From the NCBI RefSeq assembly GCF_018350175.1, contig NC_058368.1:219544001-219608000 (forward strand): DNA of 64,000 bases, read 5' to 3'. Below, piece by piece: positions 11,658 through 25,276 of this stretch. The DNA comes from Felis catus (lineage: Eukaryota). Below the pieces are notes generated by a model that saw nothing but the letters and a program-made list of their open reading frames with translations, was not told the origin of the DNA and ran no database searches. The translations under genes and the position numbers were made by a program. Within the stretch, counting starts at the first letter, position 1. Every line of letters begins with the position of its first letter.

Positions 11658-11679
11658 TAAATTTAGAATACGTTAAACT

Positions 11680-12830
11680 TCTATCCCCTCTTCTTTTTTT
11701 CTATGATGTTATTGTCATGTACTTTATTTCTACACATCCAAAGACATTACTATTATTTCTTTGTATATATTCAGTAATCATTTTTATATTTATTACATAA
11801 TTACAGTTCTGGGTCTTTCATTCTCTTCAGAAACTTTATTTGAGATTATTTTCTTCCATCTTGAAAACACTAGTTTCATGTTCCATTTACTGAATGCTCA
11901 CTGGGGTAAATACCCTTTGTTTTTGTCTGAAATCATACTAATTTTACTTTCCTCTGTGAAGCCTGTTTTTAAGCACAGTGTAGAATTCTAGGTTGCTATT
12001 TTCTGTTACTGCTTTAAGATGTCATTTCATTGTATTTTGGCATCCATCATTTCTATTGAGAAAACAGCAATCGGGATTAAATCTTGTTGCTTTGAAGTTC
12101 ATGCATCTTTTTTTCCCTAAATACTTTTCTAGTTTTCTCTATATGTCTTCATTTAAAAATGTGACTATAATGGGATTCGTTTGCTTTTACTTTTATTTGT
12201 CCTTCTGGAGCTTCTCAGATCTTATTATATCTGTTGGTTGATATCCTATACCAGTTTTAAAAAATTCTTCCCCATTTTCCCTTCAGATATAATTTGTGCT
12301 GCATTCTCTCTTTTCTCTCTTTCTGGGAATCCAATTTCATGTGTGTTGCAACTTTTGATTTGATTTCACAAGCATCCAATGATCTTATCTATTTTTTCTC
12401 ATATATTTTCTCTCTGCATTTCAGTTGCTATATACCTAACTTCAAGTTGGCAACCTATTTTTACTTTCTGAAAGACTAATCTTGTGTTTTACTATACGCA
12501 ATCTGCTGTAAAAACTTTCTATTGATTTATGAAAGCCAGACATTGTATTTTTCATTTTAGAATGCTCTTTTGATTATTTTTATTTCCATTGTTTACCTGT
12601 TTTCTCCACTTTTCCTTACATTTTCAAATATACATTATTACTTTTTGATTTTTTCCCTTAAATACAATATGTTTATTATCTGCCATCTCCTGTAATTCTG
12701 TTTTTACCCTTGCATAAGTCACATGATCTTACCTTTTTGCATGTATAGTAACTTTTTATTCTTATCACATCTCATGTATAAAGAACTCAAAACCCCCAGA
12801 ATGGGTCAGTTTTCACTAGAAAGTCTTCTT
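11680..12830 (-). mobile_element. Ancient L1M relic (antisense)
   Basis: T-rich; acagtgtagaattctaggttg and gctttaagatgtcatttcattgtattttggcatcc are typical of antisense old L1. Confidence 0.6.
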
Positions 12831-12856
12831 CGTTTATTGGGTTATTTGGTCACCAT

Positions 12857-13318
12857 GAATGATCATTAATTTTATGTATCAACTTGACTAAAACATGGTG
12901 CTCATTTATTTGGTCAGACACTAGTCTAGATGTTTCTGTGAAAGTATTTTTAATGTAATTAATATTTATAATCCACAAGCTATAACTAAACTATTCTTCA
13001 TAATGTGGGCAGGCTTCATGCAACCAGCTAAAGGCCTTAAGAGTAAAAACCGAAGCTTTTAAGAGACACTTAAAACTGTAATATAGAAACCTTGCCCGAG
13101 TTTCTAGACTGTTGGCCTGACCCAACATTACAATATCAATTGTTACTTCATTTCTGAGGTTTCTTTCTTTCACTACCAATTTCAGACTTTTTAGCTTTCA
13201 CAATCTCATTAGCCAATTCCTTATTATTCTCTCTCTAGATGGATAGATAGAAAGAAGGAGATATATGGATATAGATTTCCTATTGGTTCTGTTTCTTTGG
13301 AGAACCCTAACTAATACA
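12857..13318 (+). mobile_element. MLT2-type (ERVL) solo LTR
   Basis: Starts ...ttaattttatgtatcaacttgact...tttggtcagacactagtctagatgtttctgtga and ends cctattggttctgtttctttggagaaccctaactaataca. Confidence 0.85.
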
Positions 13319-15111
13319 TTACCACAATTCAATCAGGGATTGAGGAAGATAAGGGTAAGTAGCCATTTAGTAAGACTATGTTTACCCCTGCTTATTCCTT
13401 TTCTGAGAGGGTGAACAATTCAAATAAGAGTGTTTCCTGACTCCTCTGCCCCCAAATTCCATAGTTCTGCTCTTCAAAAATTAATCATTTTCTTGAAGCT
13501 GCTTCACCCATTGACAGAAATCTCCAGGAGAGAATGAGTGGGGTGTTTTGCCACTTCAGCTTTGCATGAAGAACAATGCATGTCCTACTTTATTTCTCCC
13601 CATTTGTCAAGGGATCAAGCCTGTACTTATAGCCCTTAGAGGCACTGAAAATAACTGTATGTCCCTAAATAAAAAAAAAATACCCCTGCATTCCCTCAGA
13701 TTCAATTTGACATTCCCTGGAAGGGTTTCAAAGTTCACCTATTTGCCATTGTTTTTCCATTTGAGTCTGAGAACATCACGTCTCTAGGAATGTGGACAAT
13801 TCTAGTCTGGCTTTCAAAGGCTTTTAGCCTGGACCTTTAGCCATCTACAAACCTATAATTCAACAAATGTCTTATGAGAAGGCATTTGAGGACCTTCATT
13901 TCTCTAATATTTTCACTCTGTCACCATGTGAGCTCTAAAACCTCTCCTGTTTTCTTCTTACCCTCTTTTGACAGTCACAGATTTTTGCCTCCAAACCTAG
14001 CCCAGAACAGGCACATGCCCACAGGGAAAAAGAGCTTCCAGTCCCCAGTTCATTTTTTTTACCATTCTGTCCTCCCAAGTTTTAGTCCATTCAGTTCTTG
14101 TTCACACAGCAATTTGGTCTTGGCAGTACGTTTTCCTTGTCGTCTATGGTTGTTCTAGATTTTGTCCGTGGGAATGTTGTACGGTTATTATTGCCTAGCT
14201 ACCTTATCCTAATTGAAGTTAAATTACAGATGTTTACAATGACTTACCTTACAGTTTCAGAGACAAATTTGGATTTGCATTTCTATCCCTAGGTCTTCAC
14301 TGAAAAATTTAAATGTGTCCCCTGGTAATCTATGTATATATATTTCACTGATGCAACCTTATAGTTAAATGGAATTTGTACTAACTTACAGCCCCCATCT
14401 TTTTCAGTACAAAGAATAATATTTTCTTTACACACACTTATAATGTAGACTTTTCATTATGGACTTCTAACTTCATTTCACTCCATTCAGAATATTCATC
14501 CTTGCTAAGAAAGTACTACAAAATGAACTCTCTATGCCTCATATCTGTGGCATTTGATGTTGATATTTGTTTATTTCCTTCCGCAGATAAATAACTGTGT
14601 ATTATGTACTGTGAAATGTTGAATCCAAAAGAATGGAAACTTGGTTCTTATCCTCAAAGGAAATATATTTGTAGTTCCATAAGGACTTATAAAAATAATA
14701 GTTCAAAATTAATACAGATGCTATGAAATTTTATACACGCAAACACACACACACACACACACACATTATAATTGGGCACCAAGAAAGAGAGGGTAATTCA
14801 GCCTTACAAAGGAGTTTGAAATGATTACGGATTTTCAGGGTGGATAAATTAGTGTAGTGGGGAAGGAGACAAGTTATAGAGGCATGATATTGTCTGGGAA
14901 CTAAGTTTCCTTTAATGAAGATGTAACAGTCTCTTAGTCAAATGAGCAAACCCTTTTCTGAAGAGAACATCTATCTTGATTTCTCAGTTCCTTTTTGTGT
15001 GTGTGGGAAAACACAGAAAGCTGACCTAGAATAGGAGTTTTTAACCTAATGGTCTGTGGCCATATTTCTGAGGCTATTTGCACTCTTGAATACTGTGTAT
15101 ATATAACATTG

Positions 15112-15129
15112 TTTTTTTTTTTTTTTTTG

Positions 15130-15169
<40 letters not shown>
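15112..15169. repeat. Poly(T) followed by (CA)n
   Basis: Seen directly. Confidence 0.9.
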
Positions 15170-15171
<2 letters not shown>

Positions 15172-15980
15172 ACTTATGTAATTTCTTTTATAGGATAGCA
15201 TTCATAGCCCTTTTTTGATTCTTATTTAAGCCCATGCCTCAAAATATCCAATGCATGTGAAGATCCAAACCCCTTTTCATTTTTCTTGACCAGAGCCCCT
15301 AGAGACGGCAGGCAGCTCCCTGGTCCTTCTCCTCTGGGCTCCCAATCATGTACTTGTTACTCTCTGCTTTCAAGATGAAAGCACCTTTACAAGTCTGAGG
15401 AACCCAACAGCTTCAAATACTGCCTGCACAGCAAAATCTCCAAAACTTTGAAATCCTAAAATACCACGCTTAAAATTCTCATCACTTTCTTCAGTTTACA
15501 GTAGATCAATCCAGTTCAGAATATACTTATTTAAATAAATTCCTTCAAGGCATAGCTATCCTTCAGCCCTTTCCTACCTTTCCCATCTCCTATTGTCAGC
15601 CTTTGTTGGTGAAAAGGAAGGAGGAAGGGTTCTCAGCTGCCCATGTAACCCATGCATAAGTGACCATCGGTTTTAATTCTTTTCATCTTATTGATTAGAA
15701 ATGAAAATCTCTTGGTTTTAATCATTTTGCATTTACTTAACAATTTAGACATGTGTTTACAAAAATCCTGTATTATAAATCCAAGATGCTTAAGAAGACT
15801 TCTCCAAGTGGTGGGGAGGAATGAGGTATAAAATGTTGATTTCATTTTCACACCACAAGGGGCTACTTTACATAATTAGGTGATTTTCATAACTATAACA
15901 AGGAAAATGTCAGGCTTCTAAAAGAATATGAACCTCCTCTAAAATATTTCCCCAACAACTCTCTTTGAAAAAGATAAACT

Positions 15981-16160
15981 GGGGGACCAGGGTGGCTCAG
16001 TTGTTTGAGCATCTGACTCTTGGTTTTGGCTTAGGTCATGATCTCACAGTTCCTGAGTTCGAGTCCCGCATCTACTGTCTCCCTCTCTCTTTGCCCCTCA
16101 CCCACTTGTTCTCTATGTCTCTGTTTCTCTCAAAATAAATAAACATTTTTACTTAAAAAA
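15981..16160 (+). mobile_element. CanSINE with internal deletion
   Basis: Head gggggaccagggtggctcagtt. gagtcccgcatc joins directly to tactgtctccctctctct, followed by an A tail. Confidence 0.9.
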
Positions 16161-19100
16161 AGAAAGAATAAACTAATACGTCAGACAGAATGTGACTACG
16201 GTTTATTATACATATCATTTAAGTTCTTGAAGCAACTAATGTTCTGTAAACGTGTCTATGGAAAACTTAACTGAATCCCTTCAGTGTCATCTTGGTATCT
16301 TTACAGTACTAGCAAAGGAATGTACCCAAGTTAAAACACTTTAAGATGCGGGTTAGCTATAGTTCTAGCAGGAGAGGTCATGTCTTCTTGAATTTTATAT
16401 CACTTTCTGCAAAGAAAGCTAACCTGTTGCAGGGCCTTGAGTAATTTCTAATGGCTTCAAAGAGTGCACCCAGAACTATAAGATGATTCCAGATTAGACT
16501 CCCCACTCAGGGTACTCCATAATCAAAAACAAAACAAAAACAAAACAAAACAAAAATAAACAAACAAACCCACACAACTTTCAACAGGCTGAACTCTTGG
16601 AAGACCAAATGAGAAAAGGAATCCTTAGTTATTGAATCCAGACTCTACCAGAGTTTTTCCTCTTGAAGGACATTCTCTAGAGAACCAATGTAGAACATAA
16701 ACCACTAATTTTGTTTTATTTTTACAGACCCTAAGCTATGCCGACATCATTATCCATCCATCATTTAATCCTCTATACTTGCCTCTGGTCCAAGAATGAG
16801 ATTGTTCCAAAAATATTAACTAATATAAATCATATATTTGGTGTATTTTTAAATTATAATTGTTTTTATAATCCATGTCATTGATAAGCTTTAATTTCTC
16901 CTCTCCATTTCTATTTTTGAAGGAAAAATTGTTTCATTGGGATTAGTAAAAATTGGCCATATTTTTCCTACATCACAAATATTAAAATAATGCCCAGTTT
17001 TACTCTGTAAACCCCACATAATCCAAATAAGATTGTCACTCCTCTTCCCTTTTTTACCCATTCTCAACAAAATGAGTAACTATGTATTTATTTCTGACCA
17101 GATTGTATTTACTTGCTTTAACATGCTTTTGGCTGTTTTCTGATGCTAGCCCATCTTTACTACTACTATTTTTTTTGATGCAAATTTGAAGTATTTGATC
17201 CAATGTCTTATTTTCCATTTGATACTATACTATTCATGAGAACAATTAAAGCAAAATGCTAATAATGTTACTACCAGAATAGCACAACGAATTTGCCACA
17301 TCCTGTATTTTTTAAAAACAAATATAGAATATATTAGCTGTTTGAAGGACTAACAGCCATAAAATTATCACTATTCATTAGAAAATATATTCAATAACTT
17401 CTGATACTTTTAAGTTAATGCACACACACACAAAAAATTGTTAAACTCATATAACAAACGTTACAGTCCTATAAATTCATCAAAATGTATCCTTCAAAGA
17501 ACTAGTCTAACTGATATAAATATAATTCCAATATAATTTTACAAAGAAAATTCAAATTTTCTCTACTATGTTTTCTCAGTTTTTGAAATAGAACCAAATA
17601 CCAACAATTACCAGTATCCGAAAAGGTATCAATATTCGGAATGAGAAAGAATCTCACATAGCAATATACATTTCCCTTATCTGGCAGGAATCATAGCTTT
17701 CCTGGCGGTGTTGACAGATACGGTTTTTTGCTTTTTAAAACTTACTCTTCATTTTCCTCCAGACAAGGGTGAAACTATAGGTAAAAACCTTTTATCAGTT
17801 ATTCTTTTGGTAATAAATTACTTAAATTCCCTGAACTTTATAGACACTTTGATTATTTTTTTATTTCTTTATTTAATGTGAGGAACTGAAAAATAAAAAT
17901 GAACATAGTAAGAGATAAAGATTCCATGAACGTAGCACCTAACCAAAAGTGTAATCTTAATTTAACTTCTGTGTCATAAAGAAAATAACTGATCATATCT
18001 TAGTTTCTTCCTCTTAAAAAAAATAGATGACCTTAAACTAGATAAGCTACAAGGCCCCTTTTAGCTTACAGACTGCTTTAGACAAATGTCTTAAGATGAT
18101 GCTTTACATGAAATATTAAAAAATTATCAGAAACCTGCCACATTTAAAATGAACAGGCTTTCAGTACATAATTTTTGGTTAAAATATTTCTTTAAAATCA
18201 ATGGATTGCTTAGTTTTAATTACTAAGCTACTCAATACAAGCAAATGGGTTATATAATTCACCACATCTAAACAGAAAAGTTAAATAATAGGAGAATGAC
18301 TTTTAAATGTGCAACACAGTAGCAGTTGTTCTAGTTTCATTAATTGTCATGTATCGTGCCACGTCCTTTATCTGCTTGTGAATTTACAAGGAACACAGCA
18401 GGTTGTGAATTTTTAATAGGCTTTCCTCAAGGAAAGAAAAGGTCAGCATTAACATAAAATTCTTCTTAAAGATTTGTGGCACAAATGTTTCACACAGGAG
18501 AACAGGTGTTATAGAGGAACTAAAGCCACAATAATCTGACATTCTTTCTATGTTTAAAGAAAACTTAATGCTTCACATAATAAAATAACACAAGGTCAAA
18601 TCAATACAAAAGTTATTTCAAAGTGGATGCTGTAAGTTACTTGGCACATGATCCGTAATCCTATTTCTCAGTAACAAAAATTTCGTTCACTTAATTTCGT
18701 TCACTTAAATATTTAATTGATCCAAGTATTGATACCTAACATCCAAATAGAAAAGGGAAGAGTAATGAGAAAGGTATCATTGTCAGGACTAACTAATCCT
18801 GGTCTGATTTTTATTTAGTAAATGAGTTGTAGTCTGAAATAGAATTTTATCCCACACAAGAAATAAGAAACAGAGACATTATGCCAGGGAAAGGGTGGGG
18901 AAAATATACAAAAGAAGAGGTAATTAGAATAAAAAGGAGAAATTTAAGAGAAGAGAGGGCACTTAAACAGGATGATATAATTAAAGAATTTTGTCCACTG
19001 GTCTTGTTCTGTAACTGCTAAGGAATCAGTAACAACAGCATACCTGCTGTAAGTTAACTCCTGTCTCTCAAGGGTTTCAAACCAGTGTTTCAATCACTCA

Positions 19101-19310
19101 GGTTTCAGAAGATCTAGAAATGTATCTCTCTGCCTTATAGTAAATATTTGTTGTAGTTTCTTTACTGGTCCAGTTGTCAAATATGTTTGGTTAAATAATA
19201 TTTTGGTAAACATAGGCCAAAATATGGGGCCATATTTTAAGCCCCCAAATATGATCATTTTGGCCCTTTATTCTAATGTCAGCATTCCTTAAAAAAGAAG
19301 ATACTTTGCA

Positions 19311-19508
19311 GAGCCTGGGTGGCTCAGTTGGCTTAGCACCGACTTTGGCTCAGGTCACGATCTCACAATTGATGGGTTCAAGCCCTGTGTCAGGCTCTGC
19401 GCCGATAGCTCAGAACCTGGAGCCTGCTTTGGATTCTGTGTTTCTCTCTTTGTCCCTCCCCTGCTCGCACTCTGTCCCTGAAAAATGAATAAACTTAAAC
19501 ATTTTTGA
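19311..19508 (+). mobile_element. CanSINE
   Basis: gcctgggtggctcagttgg head through aatgaataaacttaaac. Flanked by aagatacttt. Confidence 0.92.
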
Positions 19509-20759
19509 AGAAAAGATACTTTTTTTAAATGCAATCTCTCTAACGGTTTAAGAAAAAATGCATTGTAAACCTGGCTTCTTAAGACCAAAACTTATAAATG
19601 CATAGGTCTGATTTTTTTCTGTTAAATATGAGAAAATTAGAAATCCTTTTCATTTTGATTTTCCAAATCACTGTCCAGCTTCTAACCCTCATGTCTTTGA
19701 TCTCATTCTACCATGTTAGATTTCCTAATCCAATGGGAAACTCCCACAGTATGTGATCCAATTCCAGGATTTATGTTCTCTTTCTGTAGAATAAGTTAAG
19801 GTAAAAATCCTGCTGTGATTCATATTCTAAAACTGAACTTCAGAATAATTAAGAGATCCCCATTCTAGCATTTTCTTTTGCATGTCTAACTGATTAGAGT
19901 GGCAGAACTGGTGTTAATGATTCCCATCTTGCTGTATATCCTTTCCCACTCCGAATCTACATTCTATATTCATCTAGTGTTCTGTACACTTTGTAAAATG
20001 CAAAAAAAAAAAATATACAAGTTTATACCTCTAGTCATTCTTTATTTGGTAGTTTAGGTGTTAGATGCTGTAGGAAATCTTCACACACAGCAGTGGACCT
20101 GTGAATTTCTCTTACACACAGCATTTGGATTTTCCATAGCAATAGAATAGAATCATTGATTTACTTTTAGAAGTACTTGATTCCTATGAGAGTAAACACA
20201 TATTCCTCAATTAAAATTGTTGAATGGATAGGCAGTAAAAATCACAACTGTTTACTACAAATTACAAAGTTATCTGAACAAATGATTGATAATATCATAA
20301 TCTTTTCTTGAATTCTTTCGATTCCTAGGCAGAATAAGAACTATGCAATGCTTGTGTGCTGTGTGGAAAATTGCCACTGTTGCACATTCATGTCATTGGA
20401 AAGTTTCGTGGAAGCTATGTGTGTTTCCAATTACTAAAAAGCATCAATCTTGCAACTTATTGAGAGCGGTTCCCTGGACAACACAGTCATATGTTACTTC
20501 TGAGGGCTTTTTAGTTAAAAGCAGACATTTCTTTAGTTTTTCAACCTTACCTTATTGTTTGTGAATAGCTAAAAATGCAGTAAAAAATATTTGTCATCCG
20601 GCTTTTCTCTTTCTTTAAAGTACATATCCATTTGGGTTTCTTTCCCGATATATCTATAATAATGAGTTATTTGTCCAGGAATCAGAAAAAATGACTTTGA
20701 TCCAAATTTGATGGCTAAAGGCTAATTACTAAAAACCATTAACTAAAGGGAAGACTGCC

Positions 20760-20760
20760 T

Positions 20761-20795
<35 letters not shown>

Positions 20796-20968
20796 GAGAA
20801 CAAGCACCTGAGAGTGGGTGAGGGGCAGAGAGAGAGGGAGAGAGAAAATCCCAAGCAGGCTCCATGCTGTCAACATAGGGCCACACATGGGGCTCGACCT
20901 CAGGAGATTATGACCTGAGCTGAAATCAAGAGCTGGACACTGAACTGACCAGGCACACATGCGCCCCA
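20760..20968 (-). mobile_element. CanSINE (older subfamily) with (TTTA)n tail
   Basis: gagagaaaatcccaagcaggctccatgctg...tgacctgagctgaaatcaagag. Confidence 0.9.
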
Positions 20969-22769
20969 AGAGCAGACTGCTTTTGTAGACCCAATAATAC
21001 CAGTAATACAATATATTATCTGTATGTGTGTGTTTTAAAACATATACTTAACCTAACAGTTTTATGTTCATGTAAAAATGTTGTCACAGCCAAGTCATTG
21101 ACATAAGCTCCGAAAAAGAAAAAAAAAAGCCTTTCAAATAATATAAATAAATAAGCCTGCTTTAAATAGAAAATAATCAGTTTAATATTTCTACGTGAAA
21201 TTAGATGAAAATGTCTGTTGATGTAAATAATCTCAAGCAAAATATCAAACATTATTTAGATAAACATCTAACTCTAATTTTTGCGTAATTGAAAGATATT
21301 GTCTCCAGTTTTTAATTTTTAGGCTGCACATCAGTGTGTCTATTCTATCTTACGACTACATTTTATATGAATACTTAAAAAAATGTTTGTGATGATTCCT
21401 AAATTATAATAAATGCCTTCTAGAAGTTTAGAAAATCTGCACATTGTTTTCATATTTCTTATCTGCTATAAAAACAAAATAAAAATTGTAAACATAATCT
21501 CTTATTGCAAATAATCCAACTGTGAGCCCAGCATAGAAACTGCTTATTGGTTGGGTGGTTCAATTAAAGAAAAACTTACAATCCTTGTGTTGTACAAAGC
21601 CATGTTTGGTCCCTCCTACATGTTAGCCCAGGATGCAGGGTAAGAATTCCATGGAGAGCAGGGGATATTCACATCTAGAGCCTGCGCATCTATCCCCAGG
21701 TAATACTCAGGGTACTTGGGACCCATTATTTCCTGCCCAAACATCCCTGAGCTTGCTTCTAGGTCCAGGGAAGCTCTCTCCTCCATGTCAGTCACCCAAA
21801 GACCAGACTTACCAACCGTTATAGCATCCCTAACCTCTGGGAGCAGTCCTAGGGAGTATCTGTTAAAATACAATATAGACGGAATTTGCCCACGAAAACC
21901 TGGAATCCTAGGTAGCATTTACACTGGGATGGGTTGTGCATTGGGCTGAGATGCCCACATGAATGCCTGCAAAGCTCTTTGACGTGAGTGGATTCTGGAT
22001 GATTAATGTTGTGGGCATAGGCAAAGAAACAGACTTGCTTAGCATTGTCTTGTTCCTGCACAAAACTTGTTTGAGGTTTTTAGGAAGATACATTTGGCAA
22101 GGTAGGAGACTATATAAGACATATATCATTGTAGAATTTATTAACTTGGTTTATAATATTAGAATACATAAATATCTATTTGTACTCTTTTTCTGAGTTT
22201 CCAAAATATCTGTGGGCAGTCTCTCTCTCTCTCTTTTTGTATGAACCAAAAAATAATGCATAGTGCTTCTAACATAGGAGCTATACCTCGTACACCTTTG
22301 CCTTTCTTACAGTTAAGCTATCACTAATTCTCCAGTGGAAATGCAATAACTAATAGTAAGTTTATAAGAATTTCCTAAATGATAGGAGAATAAGAGAATT
22401 TTCCGCTCAAGAAAGAAATGCGAGAAGAAATGTTTACAGAAGCATATCAAGACCAATGACATAGCTTTGTCAGATTTAATTGCCTATGAAAATGGTTATT
22501 TGCAAAGCAAAGTGAAGGGGGGAACTGTGTTTGGTTTATTTTTATTACTTTTTCCCATTTAAAGTAAAAATCACACTGGTATGTGAAAGGCTAGCCTTGC
22601 TGTTTAAGATATACAGGTGAGTGTGTTCATACTTATTCAAGTCACATTTCAAGAACTAAGATAACTGACCCCATTATTCAGTGATGGGACATGAGAGACT
22701 GTTTGAATTCTTTCAGCATTATGTACTTTTAGGCATTATCATGGATATGCTCTTTTTTATTTCCCTTAG

Positions 22770-23064
22770 CTTCATTCAGACCAAGATAAAGGAGACGGAT
22801 CACTCAAATATATTTTATCTGGAGATGGAGCAGGTACTCTTTTTATTATTGATGAAAAAACAGGTGACATTCATGCCACAAGAAGAATTGATAGGGAAGA
22901 AAAAGCCTTTTATACTCTGCGTGCACAAGCTATTAACAGAAGAACTTTGAGACCAGTAGAACCAGAATCTGAGTTTGTGATCAAAATCCATGATATCAAT
23001 GACAATGAGCCAACGTTCCCAGAAGAAATTTATACAGCGAGTGTTCCGGAAATGTCTGTTGTAG
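22770..23064 (+). CDS. CDH10: Cadherin-10 internal coding exon (EC1 and start of EC2), 295 bp, phase 0 to 1
   Basis: Acceptor ttcccttag| and donor G|gtaagt. Translates [98 protein letters not shown](G), with the cadherin DRE and DxNDN motifs. Matches recalled CDH10. Confidence 0.96.
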
Positions 23065-24568
23065 GTAAGTTCATTTATAGGAGTTATCATGGTATGTAAA
23101 AAGTATACAAAATAATTACCAGAAATTTTTAAAATGCTATGATCAGTTAATTGACATTTTTGAGTCCCTCCTAACAGTACTTATTTAATTTCCTCATGTC
23201 GGAAATGAGTTAGAAAAAAAAGAAGAGTAATTTTTTACATGCCATGGATTTGTAAATCTTTGCAAATAAGTAGATATTTTCTTTAAAAACCAATGAAAAT
23301 ATCATTAAGATTTAGTAGAAAATTATGAAAATATAATATCTTTGTCATATGGATTTGTGTAACAGCTAGGTAAAATTCTGATCCCAAATATATTGTAAGC
23401 ACATTTAGGTAAGTATAGATGTAATATAGTCTTCATATACATTCTCTAGTTATAATTCGCCTAAAGACTTTGTCTGGTTTATCTAAATGATACAAAAGGT
23501 GGAAATGATTAGATTATCTAATTCATATTATTTTAAAACATATTTTTCTTATAAGCATAATCCTGCTGATATAAATCTCTTATTCAAACAAACTAGTGGA
23601 AATCCACAATCACATACTGATATACAAATACAGATTTAGGCTATAGAATCTATAAGATGGAAGGCATGAAAAAGCTACAAGTATAACACTCAAGATAATG
23701 GAACATTCTTTTTCAATGGAAATAAACAGAAGTTGTTATTTGTAAGCAAAGAAAGTTAAGATTGCCTTATTTTTTTTATTAAATAGAGAATGACAAAAAA
23801 CAAACATCAGGAAACAAAGGTAACATTTTTTTGGAGATAGATATTTAGATTTGGTAGGATAAATTTATTCCTCAAGCATGGGAGAAGTCATATAAACCAA
23901 TGCAATAATTCTGATTCTTTTCTTTTAAGTTACAATGGCACATTTTCAACTCTGCATTTCTCAAAAGCATTGTTCTGGGATTATTATTTAATATTTACTT
24001 CACTAAATCCCGAGGACTTTGGCAATTGCTTTATGATAAAGCTGTTTTTTTATATCTTGAACTTTATTAAATAGCTTTTAATAGTTCATGGAACTTGGGA
24101 TCCTCTTGGATTGTTTCTAAATTTAGAATTTAATCTATTCATAAAATTGTATTCTAGAGCAGATGTTAATTATTTTTATAGTCAATTAGTGGAGAGGAGG
24201 AAAGAGGAGCACACTTACTCCTTTGTGATCAGATATGCCCTTTACATGAAACAAATCTATTATGTGAAAATGAATTTTAATATCAAACCTCATCATATGT
24301 AAAGTAACTGCATTTATTATAGTCTGATACATTGTAGCATTATCTACAGGTGCATCAAAATATACCTGTTGGCTAATTAAATATGTAACTGAATTCAGAG
24401 TTTTCCTGTAATAACACTATATGTATGATTTTCATGTCGATTATATAGAAATGTTTCTTTAAGAGGTCATTATTAAAGCCAAAAATCATTCAAGTCTTCC
24501 ATGAAAACCAGTGCTTTTGCTCCTCCTTCTGGTGCTGTGCAGAACTAAGCTGAATTTGGATACTTCAG

Positions 24569-24688
24569 GTACTTCCGTGGTGCAAGTCACAGCTACAGAT
24601 GCGGATGATCCTTCCTATGGGAACAGCGCCAGAGTTATTTACAGCATACTTCAAGGGCAGCCATATTTCTCTGTGGAGCCTGAAACAG
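24569..24688 (+). CDS. CDH10: Cadherin-10 exon (EC2), 120 bp, phase 1 to 1
   Basis: tacttcag|GT ACT TCC ... GAA ACA G|gtcagg. Encodes (G)[39 protein letters not shown](G). Confidence 0.96.
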
Positions 24689-25108
24689 GTCAGGAATCGT
24701 GAATCAGTTGTTACTTTAAGTCATTATGATCTTTTCAAGTAGAAAAAAGGTGGGAACAATAAGACAAGCATTAACATTACTGCTTACAGAAGAGGGATGA
24801 TATCACACTTAAAGACTTGAGAATTTAAGTGAAATGATTGAGTGAGCTAACGGAAAGAGACCTGGCTTTATGTTTTTTGCATATGGGTTTAGGTCACTAT
24901 ATAGTCAATATGGTATTTTTAGGTAACAGAAAAACCACACAAATTGTAAAATATTTCCACTGAATCACTTTCATGATTTCTAGACAATAAAAATTAATAG
25001 CAAAAATATATTCTGTCTTTCAAAAACCCTAGATGTATAATATGTGGTCTTAAGCAACTAATATTTGAAACTTTAATGAGGATAAGAAAAGTTTTTTTTT
25101 TCTTCCAG

Positions 25109-25276
25109 GTATCATCAGGACTGCTTTACCAAACATGAACAGAGAAAACAGGGAGCAGTACCAAGTGGTAATCCAGGCCAAAGATATGGGCGGCCAGATG
25201 GGAGGCTTATCAGGGACCACAACGGTGAACATCACACTGACAGATGTAAATGACAACCCACCTCGCTTCCCCCAGA
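25109..25276 (+). CDS. CDH10: Cadherin-10 exon (EC2 end), 168 bp, phase 1 to 1
   Basis: T-rich tract tcttccag| and donor CAG A|gtaagc. Encodes (G)[55 protein letters not shown](N). Confidence 0.96.

Noticed and set aside
18679..18706. Perfect 14-bp tandem duplication aatttcgttcactt (similar short duplication near 33792-33824)
   Set aside because: Two-copy slippage with no spacers, so it is not an array or a CRISPR-like structure.
19215..19265. Short inverted repeats (aaaatatgg/ccatatttt and ggccaaaat/attttggcc)
   Set aside because: 9-bp AT-rich stems are expected by chance in 64 kb, and there is no other support.
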